From positions 200,403-264,402 of the forward strand of contig JAYOYH010000001.1 in the NCBI GenBank assembly GCA_038153405.1: 64,000 nucleotides of DNA. The letters are read 5' to 3'. A program made the position numbers and the translations under genes. Positions 37,861-47,954 of the stretch are shown here, one piece after another. The notes under the pieces were generated by a model that was not told where the DNA came from, searched no databases, and saw nothing but the letters and a program-made list of their open reading frames with translations. Every line of letters begins with the position of its first letter. The stretch's first letter is position 1. This stretch comes from Gemmatimonadota bacterium (GTDB lineage Bacteria > Latescibacterota > UBA2968 > UBA8231).

Positions 37861-39236
37861 CGCTGGAGCAGCGCTTTAAACACGCCCACCTCGTGGGCAT
37901 CGGCGGCATTGGAATGGAAGGGCTAGCGCGCCTGCTGCGCGCGCGCGGTCTGCGCGTGACCGGGTCGGATATGGCACCGTCAAAAGCGCTGGGCCTGCTG
38001 CGGGAAGATGGTTTCGAGGTGCATGTGGGACACGCTGCGCACCAGATTGGCAATGCCGATCTACTCGTCTATTCGGCGGCCGTCCCCGCCGACAATGCCG
38101 AGCGTCAGGTCGCACTTCGACGCGGCATTGCCTGCGCCAGTCGCGCAGAAGTGCTCGGCCAATTGAGCCGCTGGCGGCGCACGGTGGCCGTTGCTGGAAC
38201 GCACGGTAAAACCACTTCTGCGGCCATGTTGGCGGCCGTTCTGCACCGTGCAGGGCTGCAGCCGGATATCTTGGTCGGGGGATGGGTTGGCGGGCGCGCC
38301 CACGCGGAAATTGGGCGCGGCGAATGGCTGGTCGTCGAGGCCGATGAATACGCGCGCAGTTTCTTGGACCTCCACCCCGATGTGGCGCTGGTAACCTGCG
38401 TCGAAGCGGAACACCTCGACTATTATGGCACGCTGAGCCAAGTCCAAAGTGCCTTTACTGAGTTCTTGGATCGCTTGCCCTTCTACGGAGTGGCCTTTGT
38501 CGGCGGGGACGACTTGGTCGCGGCAGAAATTCTGTCCACTACCCGCCGAGCGAGCCGCACCTACGGCGTTCGGGCCGACAGCGACTTCCGCATTGTCGAC
38601 GTGGAGCTGAGCCCTTGGGAAAGCCACTTTTCGCTGCTGTGTGAGGGCGCCCAACGGGTCGATTTAGCGCTGCGCGTGCCGGGTTTACACAACGTGCGCA
38701 ACGCCGCTGGTGCCGCCGCCGCTGCGCACCATATCGGCGTCGATGGGGAATGCATCGCGGCGGCGCTGGCCGAGTTTGAGGGCATTGATCGCCGCTTTCA
38801 GTTCAGGGGTGAGGCCGGCGATGTATGGGTGGTCGACGACTATGCGCATCACCCGCGCGAAGTCGGCGTTGCATTGGAAACCGCACGGGGCAGTGGGCGT
38901 CGAACCGTAGCTGTGTTTCAGCCCCACCTCTACTCGCGCACGCGCGATTTTGCCGAAGACTTTGCCCGCGAACTATCGGTCGCAGACCGCGTCGTTTTAA
39001 CCGACGTGTACGCGGCGCGGGAACGCCCTTTGCCCGGCGTTGATAGCCATTTAATTCGAGATGCGATGCGCCATTCGGGCTATGAATGCGTCGACTACGT
39101 CGCCGATGTCGCCGATGTCGTGCAGCACTTGGTCGAAGTCTGTCGTCCTGGCGATGTGGTGCTGACGATGGGAGCGGGCAATATCGGTGATATAGCAGGC
39201 CCACTAGTTGCAGCACTTGGCGGAGGTCAGCAGTGA
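37857..39236 (+). CDS. murC: UDP-MurNAc:L-Ala ligase
   Basis: GIGGIGM, AGTHGKTT, EADE, RRF, DDYAHHP, FQPHLYSRT, TMGAG. Confidence 0.93.
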   Translation: MTLEQRFKHAHLVGIGGIGMEGLARLLRARGLRVTGSDMAPSKALGLLREDGFEVHVGHAAHQIGNADLLVYSAAVPADNAERQVALRRGIACASRAEVLGQLSRWRRTVAVAGTHGKTTSAAMLAAVLHRAGLQPDILVGGWVGGRAHAEIGRGEWLVVEADEYARSFLDLHPDVALVTCVEAEHLDYYGTLSQVQSAFTEFLDRLPFYGVAFVGGDDLVAAEILSTTRRASRTYGVRADSDFRIVDVELSPWESHFSLLCEGAQRVDLALRVPGLHNVRNAAGAAAAAHHIGVDGECIAAALAEFEGIDRRFQFRGEAGDVWVVDDYAHHPREVGVALETARGSGRRTVAVFQPHLYSRTRDFAEDFARELSVADRVVLTDVYAARERPLPGVDSHLIRDAMRHSGYECVDYVADVADVVQHLVEVCRPGDVVLTMGAGNIGDIAGPLVAALGGGQQ

Positions 39237-40081
39237 AAAAGAAGATCGAGCGCAAAGGGGCGACGCGTCCAATGGTTGCTCGGGGTGGCGAAGCGCGCCG
39301 TCGCCGACTCAACTGGAAGCTGGCCTGGATGTTCCTGCCGATGCTGATGCTGGCGACGTTGGCGTGGGGATGGTGGGAGTGGCGCCAATCGGGAAGCTTT
39401 GCCCGCCAGTTTGAATTGACCGCTATCGAGGTCAATGGGCTGCGCTTGCTGAGCGGAGAAGACGTGCTGCAGGCGAGCGGATTGGCCATAGGGGACAACG
39501 TCTTGGACATCGATTTGCGCGCAGTGGCGCGGCGACTCGAAGATGTGCCGTGGATCAAGCGCGCCGTAGTGATGCGCAAGCCGCCGGATCGCCTTGTCGT
39601 CGAATTGGTCGAGCGCCAGCGCATGGCTTGGGTCGCCCTCGAGCACACCTACGGAATTGACGCAGAAGGCGTTTTGCTGCCGGCGCAGCGCCTGGCCAAT
39701 GAATCGCTGGGCGACTTTGACTTACCGGTTATTTCGGGCATTACCACCGATGTGGATTCGCTCTATCCGGGCATGGTTCTGGCCGATACCTCACACTCCC
39801 TGCGCGCAGTGCTGGACTGGTGGCAGCGCGCCAGCGCCGTCGATCCTGAGTTTTGCTTGGGCATTTCCGAAATCGCTGCGCTAAGCGACGAGGGGATTGG
39901 TCTGCGCTTGGCCGGCGATGGCTTGGAGGTGCGCTTGCCCTTTGACCGCGTCGACGAGCGCCTGCGCCATCTGAAGCGCATGATGCCGAGAATCTATCGC
40001 GAATATCCCAATCCCACCTACATCGACCTGCGCTATGCCGGCCAACTCGTCGTTGGCGGCAAGGAGGAGGGCGCCGGATGA
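39233..40081 (+). CDS. ftsQ: Cell division protein FtsQ
   Basis: Basic N-terminus, TM, POTRA domain, YIDLRY. Confidence 0.9.
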   Translation: MKKKIERKGATRPMVARGGEARRRRLNWKLAWMFLPMLMLATLAWGWWEWRQSGSFARQFELTAIEVNGLRLLSGEDVLQASGLAIGDNVLDIDLRAVARRLEDVPWIKRAVVMRKPPDRLVVELVERQRMAWVALEHTYGIDAEGVLLPAQRLANESLGDFDLPVISGITTDVDSLYPGMVLADTSHSLRAVLDWWQRASAVDPEFCLGISEIAALSDEGIGLRLAGDGLEVRLPFDRVDERLRHLKRMMPRIYREYPNPTYIDLRYAGQLVVGGKEEGAG

Positions 40082-41316
40082 GCGAGGGCGTAAAGCGCGT
40101 CGTCGGCCTCGATCTCGGCACGACGAAAATATGCACGGTCATTGCCGAGGTAGAGCCGAAGAAAATGCCGCGCATTCTCGGCTTTGGCAGCTGCCCTTCA
40201 CAGGGCTTGCGCCGCGGCGTCGTCACCGACGTCGAAAAGACGGTGCAGTCAGTGGAAAAAGCCGTGCGCCAGGCCGAACTAATGGCCGGCATTGCGGTGA
40301 AGGAAGTGACCGTGGGCATCGCCGGTGAACACGTCAATAGCCTGAACAGCTCGGGCGTTGTGGCGGTGGCCAGTAGCGATGGGCGCATCACCGAGGAAGA
40401 TCGCCAGCGGGTGCTCGAGGCAGCTGGCGCGGTAAAGATACCCATCGACCGAGAAGTGCTGCACATCCTGCCGCAGGAGTTTATCGTCGACGGGCGCCGC
40501 GATATTGCCGATCCGGTCGGCATGCTGGGCGTGCGCTTGGAAGCGCACGTACACGTAGTATCAGGGGCCGTGACGGCTGCGCAGAATATATGTCGCAGCA
40601 TTTTGCGCGCGGGGTTGGAAGTGCGCGACATTGCCCTCGAACCGCTGGCTTCTAGCGCCGCGGTCCTCGACGCCGACGAGCGCCATATGGGGGTTTGTCT
40701 AGTCGACGTGGGAGGCGGCACGACGGATATGGCCGTATTCGCCCGCGGCGGCATTCGCTACACCGGCGTCATTGGCCTGGGCGGACAAAATATCACCAGC
40801 GATGTGGCAATCGGTCTGCGCACGGGATGGCCCATTGCCGAGAAGATCAAGTGCGCCAGCGGCACGGCGGCGCTGTATGCGGTGGGCGAGGACGAGACGG
40901 TGGAAGTGCCGGGCGTGGCGGGTCGCCCACCCCAGCGGGTCGCCCGCCGCCTATTGGCCGATATCATCGAGGCGCGCATGGAGGAGATCTTCGTGCTCGT
41001 GCGCGACCAACTCGGCATTGCGCGCTTTGAACTGGGTGCGGGCATCGTGCTGACCGGTGGTGGGGCGCTGATGGAGGGAGCGGTTGAACTGGCTGAGCGC
41101 ATTTTCGAAGTGCCCGTTCGCCTGGGAATACCGGGCGGCGTAGTCGGCATGAGCGATGGCGTCGATAATCCCAGCTATGCCACGGCTGTTGGTCTGGCTA
41201 GACTCGCCGGTGAGCGCAGCGAGCCCGGCCAGTGGCTCAAGGAGGAAAATTTAGACGAAGCGGGGTTTGAAGCAGTATTCGGGCGCATGAAAGAGTGGTT
41301 CCAAACCTGGGTCTGA
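40078..41316 (+). CDS. ftsA: Cell division protein FtsA
   Basis: GLDLGTTK, DVGGGTTD, LTGGG, amphipathic MKEWF tail. Confidence 0.96.
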   Translation: MSEGVKRVVGLDLGTTKICTVIAEVEPKKMPRILGFGSCPSQGLRRGVVTDVEKTVQSVEKAVRQAELMAGIAVKEVTVGIAGEHVNSLNSSGVVAVASSDGRITEEDRQRVLEAAGAVKIPIDREVLHILPQEFIVDGRRDIADPVGMLGVRLEAHVHVVSGAVTAAQNICRSILRAGLEVRDIALEPLASSAAVLDADERHMGVCLVDVGGGTTDMAVFARGGIRYTGVIGLGGQNITSDVAIGLRTGWPIAEKIKCASGTAALYAVGEDETVEVPGVAGRPPQRVARRLLADIIEARMEEIFVLVRDQLGIARFELGAGIVLTGGGALMEGAVELAERIFEVPVRLGIPGGVVGMSDGVDNPSYATAVGLARLAGERSEPGQWLKEENLDEAGFEAVFGRMKEWFQTWV

Positions 41317-41362
41317 GCGCGGCTTGTACGCATTCAGACACACCTTAGCGAGGAGATCTGCT

Positions 41363-42532
41363 ATGAGTTTTAAAATCGTTGACAATGAACGCAAAGCGCG
41401 CATCAAAGTCGTGGGCGTAGGCGGTGCGGGGGGCAACGCCATCAACCGCATGATTCAATCGGGTATGAACGGCGTAGAATTTATCGCCATCAATACGGAC
41501 GCCCAGGTCCTGGAGACGTCTTCGGCTGACGCGTGCATATGTATCGGCGATGGCGTGACGCGCGGTCTGGGGGCCGGTGCCGATCCCCAGGTCGGACGTC
41601 AGGCCATCGAGGAAGATCGCGACAAGGTAGCCGAGCGCCTAGCCGATGCCGACCTCGTCTTTATAACGGCGGGCATGGGAGGAGGAACCGGCACTGGGGC
41701 CGCCCCGGTGGTGGCCGAAATCTGCCGCGATCTGGGGGCGTTGGCGGTGGGCATTGTAACGGAGCCCTTTGTCATGGAGGGATTTCCGCGCATGCGCAAT
41801 GCGCACACCGGCTTGAACGAATTACAGGAGCGTGTCGATACGCTCATCACCATCAAAAACCAGCGGCTGTTGAGCATCTGCGACCGCGATACGACCTTGG
41901 ATCAGGCTTTTTTCCAAGCCGATGAAGTGCTCATGCAAGCCACGCGCGGCATTGCCGATTTGATTACAATTCCCGGCATGATCAACCTCGACTTCAACGA
42001 CGTAAAGACGATTATTTCGCAGGGGGGCGATGCGATTATGGGCGTCGGCACGCACAAGGGCGAAAACCGCGCCGTCGAAGCGGCGCGCAAGGCCATTCAG
42101 AGTCCGCTCTTGGAAGACGTGTCTATTCACGGTGCCAAGGGCGTGCTCATTAATATCGCCGCCGACTCCAATTTGACCCTCTTTGAAGTCAACGATGCGA
42201 TGTCGCTGATCTACGAAGCGGCTGGGCAGGAGGCCAATATCATTTTTGGCACGGTGAAAGACGATCAAATGCTCGATGAGATTAGCGTTACCGTCATTGC
42301 AACGGGCTTTAATCTCAGCAGCGAAAGCCGGGTGAGTCCGTCCGTTCCCCAGCGCGAAAAGCAAGTCGCTGAAGCGTCGAGTGAAGCACCGGGCGTGCGC
42401 ACGCTCGATCCCCAGTTGAACGTGCCGGCACACACGCGCCGTCGCTCCTTGGCCGCTGAAGGGAACAGTTCATCTGCGGCTAGCGGGGAGAATTTGGATA
42501 TTCCCACGTTTCTGCGGCGAAAGTTGGGTTAA
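41363..42532 (+). CDS. ftsZ: Cell division protein FtsZ
   Basis: GVGGAGGNA, GMGGGTGTG, NLDFND, DIPTFLR. Confidence 0.98.
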   Translation: MSFKIVDNERKARIKVVGVGGAGGNAINRMIQSGMNGVEFIAINTDAQVLETSSADACICIGDGVTRGLGAGADPQVGRQAIEEDRDKVAERLADADLVFITAGMGGGTGTGAAPVVAEICRDLGALAVGIVTEPFVMEGFPRMRNAHTGLNELQERVDTLITIKNQRLLSICDRDTTLDQAFFQADEVLMQATRGIADLITIPGMINLDFNDVKTIISQGGDAIMGVGTHKGENRAVEAARKAIQSPLLEDVSIHGAKGVLINIAADSNLTLFEVNDAMSLIYEAAGQEANIIFGTVKDDQMLDEISVTVIATGFNLSSESRVSPSVPQREKQVAEASSEAPGVRTLDPQLNVPAHTRRRSLAAEGNSSSAASGENLDIPTFLRRKLG

Positions 42533-42711
42533 GCGCGATAGGATGGAGATTGCGCACCGACGCCGATGGAGTATATTATCGGCTGTAAATAGTTGATCCG
42601 TTGCAGTTTAAGAGCAATTGGCTACGGGGCCACTACCCGGTTGAGTGCTGGGCCGTGCCACCGTCGGCGGATTGAAAACCAGAAACCTCCACGATGGGAT
42701 AAAGAGACCAA

Positions 42712-43362
42712 TTGGCAAACAGAAGTCGCATTTCAAAACTCTTGTCGCTCATGCTGCGCCACAAGCCCGACGAGTTTGGCTTGGAAATTGACACCTATGG
42801 CTACGCGCCGGTCGACCAAGTGCTGCAGGCTCTGCAGGAGCGCTATGACGACGCTACAGAGGGTGATTTAACGGCGTTGGCCAACGATCCAACTCAGCGC
42901 CGCTTCGAAATAAACGAGTACGGGATTCGCGCCCTGTATGGACACAGCTTCTTCGTCGAAATGGACGGCGAGCCAATGAATCCACCGCCGGCTCGCCTCT
43001 ACATGGGCACCACGCGCGCCGCAGCGCGCGACTTTGCCCGCGAGGGCATCACTTCGGGAGACCGCTACTACGTGCACCTCTCGCTCGACCAGGACACGGC
43101 CGCCTCGCGCAGCCACGAGAAGAGCGGTCCGCTCGTGGTGGAAATCCTCGCGGATAAGGCCCACGAGCAGGATATCGCCTTCTTTGCGCGCGGCGAAGTC
43201 ATCCTGACGGAGGAAATTCCTCCGGAATGCGTCGGCGCGCTGCTGGGAGCAGAAGGCGCGGTGGGCGGCGGTGCAGTTCAAGCCGACGAGCCGACGTCGT
43301 CGCCGGCCGGTCGCGATCAGGCCGTCACCTACGGTCGCAAACCGCGCTTTGTAACGCGTTAA
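42712..43362 (+). CDS. kptA: RNA 2'-phosphotransferase (Tpt1/KptA)
   Basis: SKLLSLMLRHKP, RRF, IRALYGHS, RYYVHLS; TTG start. Confidence 0.88.
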   Translation: MANRSRISKLLSLMLRHKPDEFGLEIDTYGYAPVDQVLQALQERYDDATEGDLTALANDPTQRRFEINEYGIRALYGHSFFVEMDGEPMNPPPARLYMGTTRAAARDFAREGITSGDRYYVHLSLDQDTAASRSHEKSGPLVVEILADKAHEQDIAFFARGEVILTEEIPPECVGALLGAEGAVGGGAVQADEPTSSPAGRDQAVTYGRKPRFVTR

Positions 43363-43379
43363 TTCTCTCAGGCTGATTT

Positions 43380-46300
43380 ATGGCCCAGTATGAAGTAACC
43401 CTGCGCGACTATTGGCGCATCCTGCGCCGTCGCAAGGGGATTGTGGTTTTTACCGCCTTCTTACTGGGCTTTTTCAGTTTCATCCTTGCCACCCTCTGGC
43501 AGCCCATCCCCGTCTATACCGCTGCGGCCAAGGTCCAGCTAATCTCCAACGAGCAAAACGTAGCCAATATGTACCAGGTCTATTCGGGTGGCGACGATCT
43601 GGAAACCCAGATGTCGGTCATAACGAGCTACCCGTTGCTCAAAAGGGTTATCCGCGAACTGAGGATACCGGCTGAGACGGAGGACGACACGGCGCGGGCC
43701 ATCATCGATCTGCAGGATCGCCTCGATATTGATCAAGAGGGCTACGCCAAGATCCTGCTGGTCAAAATCGACGATACCGACCCCGAGCGCGCCGCCGAGA
43801 TCGTCAATACGGTGTCCCAGGTTTTCAAGGAATACAGCGACGAGCAGAAAAACCAGCAGTCCGACGACCATTTGAACTTCGTCAACGGACAACTGCTGGG
43901 AGCTAAGGATTCGCTGCGCGTCGCAGAGGAGAACGCCCGGCGCTACCGCGAAGAGAACGATATCGTTTCCATCGATGCTGAGGCGAGCATGATGCTGGGG
44001 CAGATCGCCGACGAACGCCGCAACAAGGTGCAACTCGAACAGGTGATCAATGCGGTCGGCGGCATGATGCGCGAAATCGAAGGCGGTCAAGAGCTTTCGC
44101 AGCGCACGCTGCAGGGCGTCAGCCGGGAGCAAGTCGGCGACGCGTTTATGCTCTTTGCACAGCAGCTCAACGCCCTGCGCTTAGATCGCGATGGGCTGCT
44201 CGTCCAATTTACCGAGAATCATCCGGCCGTGCGTCAGGTGCAGGCCAAGATCGACCTGATGGTCGAGAATATGGCCAACGAACTGCGCCAACGCCGGCTG
44301 AAGGTGCAGGACGATTTGCAGTCGGTTGATGGACAGTTGGCTGCGCTACAGGAGAAATACAGCAACCTGCCGGCGCGCGGTCTCGAACTCGATCGGCGCG
44401 AGCGCGAAGTCTATTTGCGTCAGGAGATCGTCGAGGCCCTCGCCGGTGAGTACGAGCAGGCGCGCATGCGGGCCGCCGATCGCGTCGAAACGGCGAAGGT
44501 TTTGCAGCGGGCGCTGGTTCCGACCTTGCCGAACAATCCGCAGAGCCCGGTGCAGCGCGGCGTGCTCGGCATGATCCTGGGTTTGGTCTTGGGCATCGTC
44601 TTTGCCGTTGTTGCCGAGACGCTCGACACCTCCATCGGCACCATCGAAGATGTGCAGGAGTATACGGGGGCCAAAGTCGTTGGCGTCGTTCCCTTTATAC
44701 GCGCCGAGAGCGTAGCCGAGTCGATGGAGCGGCAGGGGTATGATATCGAGAACGAGCGCATGCTGCAGCGCATGGCGCAGCTGGTCGCCTATTTCGACCC
44801 GCAGTCTACGCTGGCCGAAACTTTTCGCACGCTGCGCACTAATATCGAATTCGTCACGGCAGAAAAGGGCGATAAAACGCTTCTGGTAACGAGTTCGACC
44901 AGCGGTGAGGGAAAGAGTACGGTCATGGCAAACCTCGCCATGACGATGACTCAATTGGGCAAGCGCACGCTGCTAGTCGACTGCGATCTGCGCAAGCCAA
45001 CGGTGGCCCGCATGTTTGGGCTCGACAAAGAGCCGGGGCTGGCCGAGGTCATCGTGGGCAATTACCACTGGCGCGAGGTCATTCGCACGGTGACCGATAT
45101 CGTCACCGGCGGCATGGGCATGGAAAACCTGATGCAGACGCAGGGCATCAGCAACTTGCACATCATCACTAGTGGATCCATTCCGCCCAATCCCGCCGAA
45201 CTGCTCAATTCCAGCCGGATGGACGACTTTATTGGCGAAGTCCGAGAGGTCTACGACATCGTCCTCTTTGATGCGCCGCCCATACTGCACGTAACCGATG
45301 CGGCCATTCTCGGCAAGAAGGTCGATGGCGCGCTGATGCTCTATAAGGCAGGCGATATTCCCCGCACCTCGCTCAAGCGCGCCGTAAACTTGCTCAACAG
45401 CGTTGGAGTCGATTTGCTGGGTATCGTGCTCAATGGAATTCGCGCCGAGACCAGTTCGGACTATTACGACTTCGGCTACAATTCCTACTACTCCTATGGC
45501 AACGAAGATGGTCGAGAGTCGTTGACGTGGATGGAAAAGGCGCAGGAGTATCTTTTTAAACGGCACAGAGACGATATCGCTTCAGACGATGACGACGACG
45601 ACGATGGAGAAGATGGCGGTGCCGGATACGATCCCCTCCTGACGGGTAGGATACGAGGAGAACCGGAGGAAGCCGAAGAGCGGGAGGATAAATGGGCACC
45701 GTGGGCGCGCACCGGAAGCGCGGTACTGCTCGTTTGCGCGGCGCTGGGTTTGCTCTGGCAGAGCGGCCTGTTACAGCGTCCACTCGGCGCGGTCCCTGTC
45801 TTCGCGTACTACAATCGGCCGCTTGCCGCCGACGCTCTGGTTGATGGGGTGAGGGGCGGCGAAGCAGACGAGCTGTCAGCCGCTGCACAAGAGGTCGGGA
45901 GCGGAGTCGGCGTGGCGACGGCGAGCATGTCGCTCGACCCTGCTGTGGGGATAGATGCCGATGGGCTATCCGATGGACCCACGCGCGCGCGCGCTGAACC
46001 GGCGGCCAACGTGGACGACGATAGGGTCTGGTCGCCGATGAGTCCCTACACGCTGCGCATCGGCGCCTATACACCTTCCAGCAAATGGGCGGTGCCCAAC
46101 TTAAACACGCTGCGCCAGAGCGGTCAGATGGCCTTTCTCGCCCCTCCGACAGCGGGGGACGCGATGGTCCGCCTGATGTCGGGCAGCTACCCCAGTTGGG
46201 ATGCGGCCTTTCATGATGGGCGCCAGCTGCGCGAGGCGGGCCTGGTCGGCGAGGTCGCGCCGGCCTATCTGCCTTTCGCCCTCGAGCTGGGGCGATTTGC

Positions 46301-46484
46301 CCGCCAGCCGCAGACGCTGGAGTTTCTGCAGAGCTTGGGTGAAAAGGCGCGGTTTTGCTACGTGCAAGTCGGTTCCGACGGGCTTCAGCGCGTGCTGGCC
46401 GGGGCCTTTGAAACTGCAGAGGAAGCCAACGAAGCGGCTGAAGTCATGGCGTTTGGCCGCCCTGCTCGCGTTGGTCGCCGCTGA
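43380..46484 (+). CDS. wzc: Polysaccharide co-polymerase/tyrosine autokinase (Wzc-like) with extra TM and SPOR-like C-terminal extension
   Basis: LRDYWRILRRRK, periplasmic coiled coil, ETFRTLRTN, GEGKST, DCDLRKP, FDAPP, YYDFGYNSYYSY; then acidic linker, TM, LRIGAY, LAGAFET. Confidence 0.88.
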   Translation: MAQYEVTLRDYWRILRRRKGIVVFTAFLLGFFSFILATLWQPIPVYTAAAKVQLISNEQNVANMYQVYSGGDDLETQMSVITSYPLLKRVIRELRIPAETEDDTARAIIDLQDRLDIDQEGYAKILLVKIDDTDPERAAEIVNTVSQVFKEYSDEQKNQQSDDHLNFVNGQLLGAKDSLRVAEENARRYREENDIVSIDAEASMMLGQIADERRNKVQLEQVINAVGGMMREIEGGQELSQRTLQGVSREQVGDAFMLFAQQLNALRLDRDGLLVQFTENHPAVRQVQAKIDLMVENMANELRQRRLKVQDDLQSVDGQLAALQEKYSNLPARGLELDRREREVYLRQEIVEALAGEYEQARMRAADRVETAKVLQRALVPTLPNNPQSPVQRGVLGMILGLVLGIVFAVVAETLDTSIGTIEDVQEYTGAKVVGVVPFIRAESVAESMERQGYDIENERMLQRMAQLVAYFDPQSTLAETFRTLRTNIEFVTAEKGDKTLLVTSSTSGEGKSTVMANLAMTMTQLGKRTLLVDCDLRKPTVARMFGLDKEPGLAEVIVGNYHWREVIRTVTDIVTGGMGMENLMQTQGISNLHIITSGSIPPNPAELLNSSRMDDFIGEVREVYDIVLFDAPPILHVTDAAILGKKVDGALMLYKAGDIPRTSLKRAVNLLNSVGVDLLGIVLNGIRAETSSDYYDFGYNSYYSYGNEDGRESLTWMEKAQEYLFKRHRDDIASDDDDDDDGEDGGAGYDPLLTGRIRGEPEEAEEREDKWAPWARTGSAVLLVCAALGLLWQSGLLQRPLGAVPVFAYYNRPLAADALVDGVRGGEADELSAAAQEVGSGVGVATASMSLDPAVGIDADGLSDGPTRARAEPAANVDDDRVWSPMSPYTLRIGAYTPSSKWAVPNLNTLRQSGQMAFLAPPTAGDAMVRLMSGSYPSWDAAFHDGRQLREAGLVGEVAPAYLPFALELGRFARQPQTLEFLQSLGEKARFCYVQVGSDGLQRVLAGAFETAEEANEAAEVMAFGRPARVGRR

Positions 46485-46517
46485 GCTGGCGGCCTTTTAT
46501 CTGCCGATTGCTGGCCT

Positions 46518-47954
46518 ATGCCTTCTTCTAAACTGAGCGCCGCATTGGGGGGCGGGCAAACGCTCTTCCTGCTCTTTATCGCATTCTTCACCTTTTGTAT
46601 GGCAGTGGTTCTCGTAAAGGTGCCGCCTGCGCTGGGCGGCGTGCTCGTCATTGGCTTGGTCGTCTTTATCTCGGCCTTTGTTAGCGCCGATGCTGGAATC
46701 TATTTCCTCATTATCTCGATGCTTCTTTCGCCTGAGTTTGGCGCCGGAGGACTGAGCGGCAACGACACTACGTCGAGTCGCGGCGTCACGCTGCGCGCCG
46801 AAGATTTCCTACTGGTGCTCTTGGGTTTTGCCTGGCTTGCGCGCACGGCGGTGAATAAGGATCTAGGGCTGATCCGTCCGACGCCGCTCAACTCGGCCAT
46901 TGGCGGTTACGTAGCCGTTTGTCTACTGGCGACGCTCATCGGTTTTATCACCGGTCACGTGCGCGGCATTAACGGCTTTTTCTACGTGCTAAAATACGTC
47001 GAGTACTTCATCGTCTACTTTATCGTTTGCAACAATCTACACAGCCAGAAGCAAATAGAGCGCTTTGTGATCGTCCTGCTAGTAACGGCCTTTATCGTCT
47101 GCCTTACGGCGATTGCGCAGATTCCCAGCGGCGGACGCGTTTCTGCGCCTTTCGAAGGCGAGCGCGGCGAACCCAATACGCTGGGTGGTTACTTGATTTT
47201 GGTTGGTTCACTCACCGTGGGTTTGGCGCTCAATGTGCAATGCAAAAAAAAGCGACGCTACTTATGGCTGCTGTTGGCCTTTATGATCGTCCCGTTCTTT
47301 GCTACGCTATCGCGCGGATCGTATCTCGCGCTGCCTTTTGTCTATGCTGCCGTAGCCTATTTTCGCCGCGGCCAGCGCCTGCGCATGATCGTCCTATTGA
47401 TCATCCTGTCGCTGATTGGCGCGGTGCTAATGCCTCGCACCGTAGTCGACCGAGTAAGCTACACGTTTAATCAGGGCTATACGCAGCAGAAGAAAAAATC
47501 GATCGGTGGAGTGGAATTGGACACGTCCACGAGCGAGCGACTAGCCAGTTGGGAGAACGCGCTTAGCGATGGGTTGAGCAGCCCCCTATGGGGTTTTGGC
47601 GTGACCGGGTACGGCTTTCTCGATGCGCAGTATCCGCGCATATGGGTCGAGACGGGGCTGCTGGGTTTAATGTTTTTTTTCTACATGATACACAGAGTGT
47701 ACGGCGAATCTATGCGCCTCTATCGGGAGACCTCCGTGCCGCTCTACCGCGGTTTGGCGATGGGGTTAATCTGCGGGTTGGCCGGTCTTATGATACATGC
47801 GTTGGGCACCAATACTTTCATTATTGTGCGCATTATGGAGCCTTTCTGGCTGCTGTGTGGAATAGTCGTATCGGCGCATAAGATCGAAAGGGAAGACGGC
47901 GCTGACTCCGACGCTGTAGAGGCCGGTCCTGCGCGTATCGGACATAGCCTTTGA
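46518..47954 (+). CDS. O-antigen ligase/Wzy polymerase family
   Basis: Polytopic membrane protein; EPNTLGGY, TLSRGS, R...W, ETGLLG. Confidence 0.85.
   Translation: MPSSKLSAALGGGQTLFLLFIAFFTFCMAVVLVKVPPALGGVLVIGLVVFISAFVSADAGIYFLIISMLLSPEFGAGGLSGNDTTSSRGVTLRAEDFLLVLLGFAWLARTAVNKDLGLIRPTPLNSAIGGYVAVCLLATLIGFITGHVRGINGFFYVLKYVEYFIVYFIVCNNLHSQKQIERFVIVLLVTAFIVCLTAIAQIPSGGRVSAPFEGERGEPNTLGGYLILVGSLTVGLALNVQCKKKRRYLWLLLAFMIVPFFATLSRGSYLALPFVYAAVAYFRRGQRLRMIVLLIILSLIGAVLMPRTVVDRVSYTFNQGYTQQKKKSIGGVELDTSTSERLASWENALSDGLSSPLWGFGVTGYGFLDAQYPRIWVETGLLGLMFFFYMIHRVYGESMRLYRETSVPLYRGLAMGLICGLAGLMIHALGTNTFIIVRIMEPFWLLCGIVVSAHKIEREDGADSDAVEAGPARIGHSL

Noticed and set aside
39741..40754. 337-aa minus-strand ORF
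   Set aside because: Antisense shadow of ftsQ/ftsA; Ser/Arg/Pro-rich with no motifs.
45584..45606. GAC/GAT trinucleotide run
   Set aside because: Encodes the poly-Asp linker of Wzc; in-frame, not a contingency repeat.
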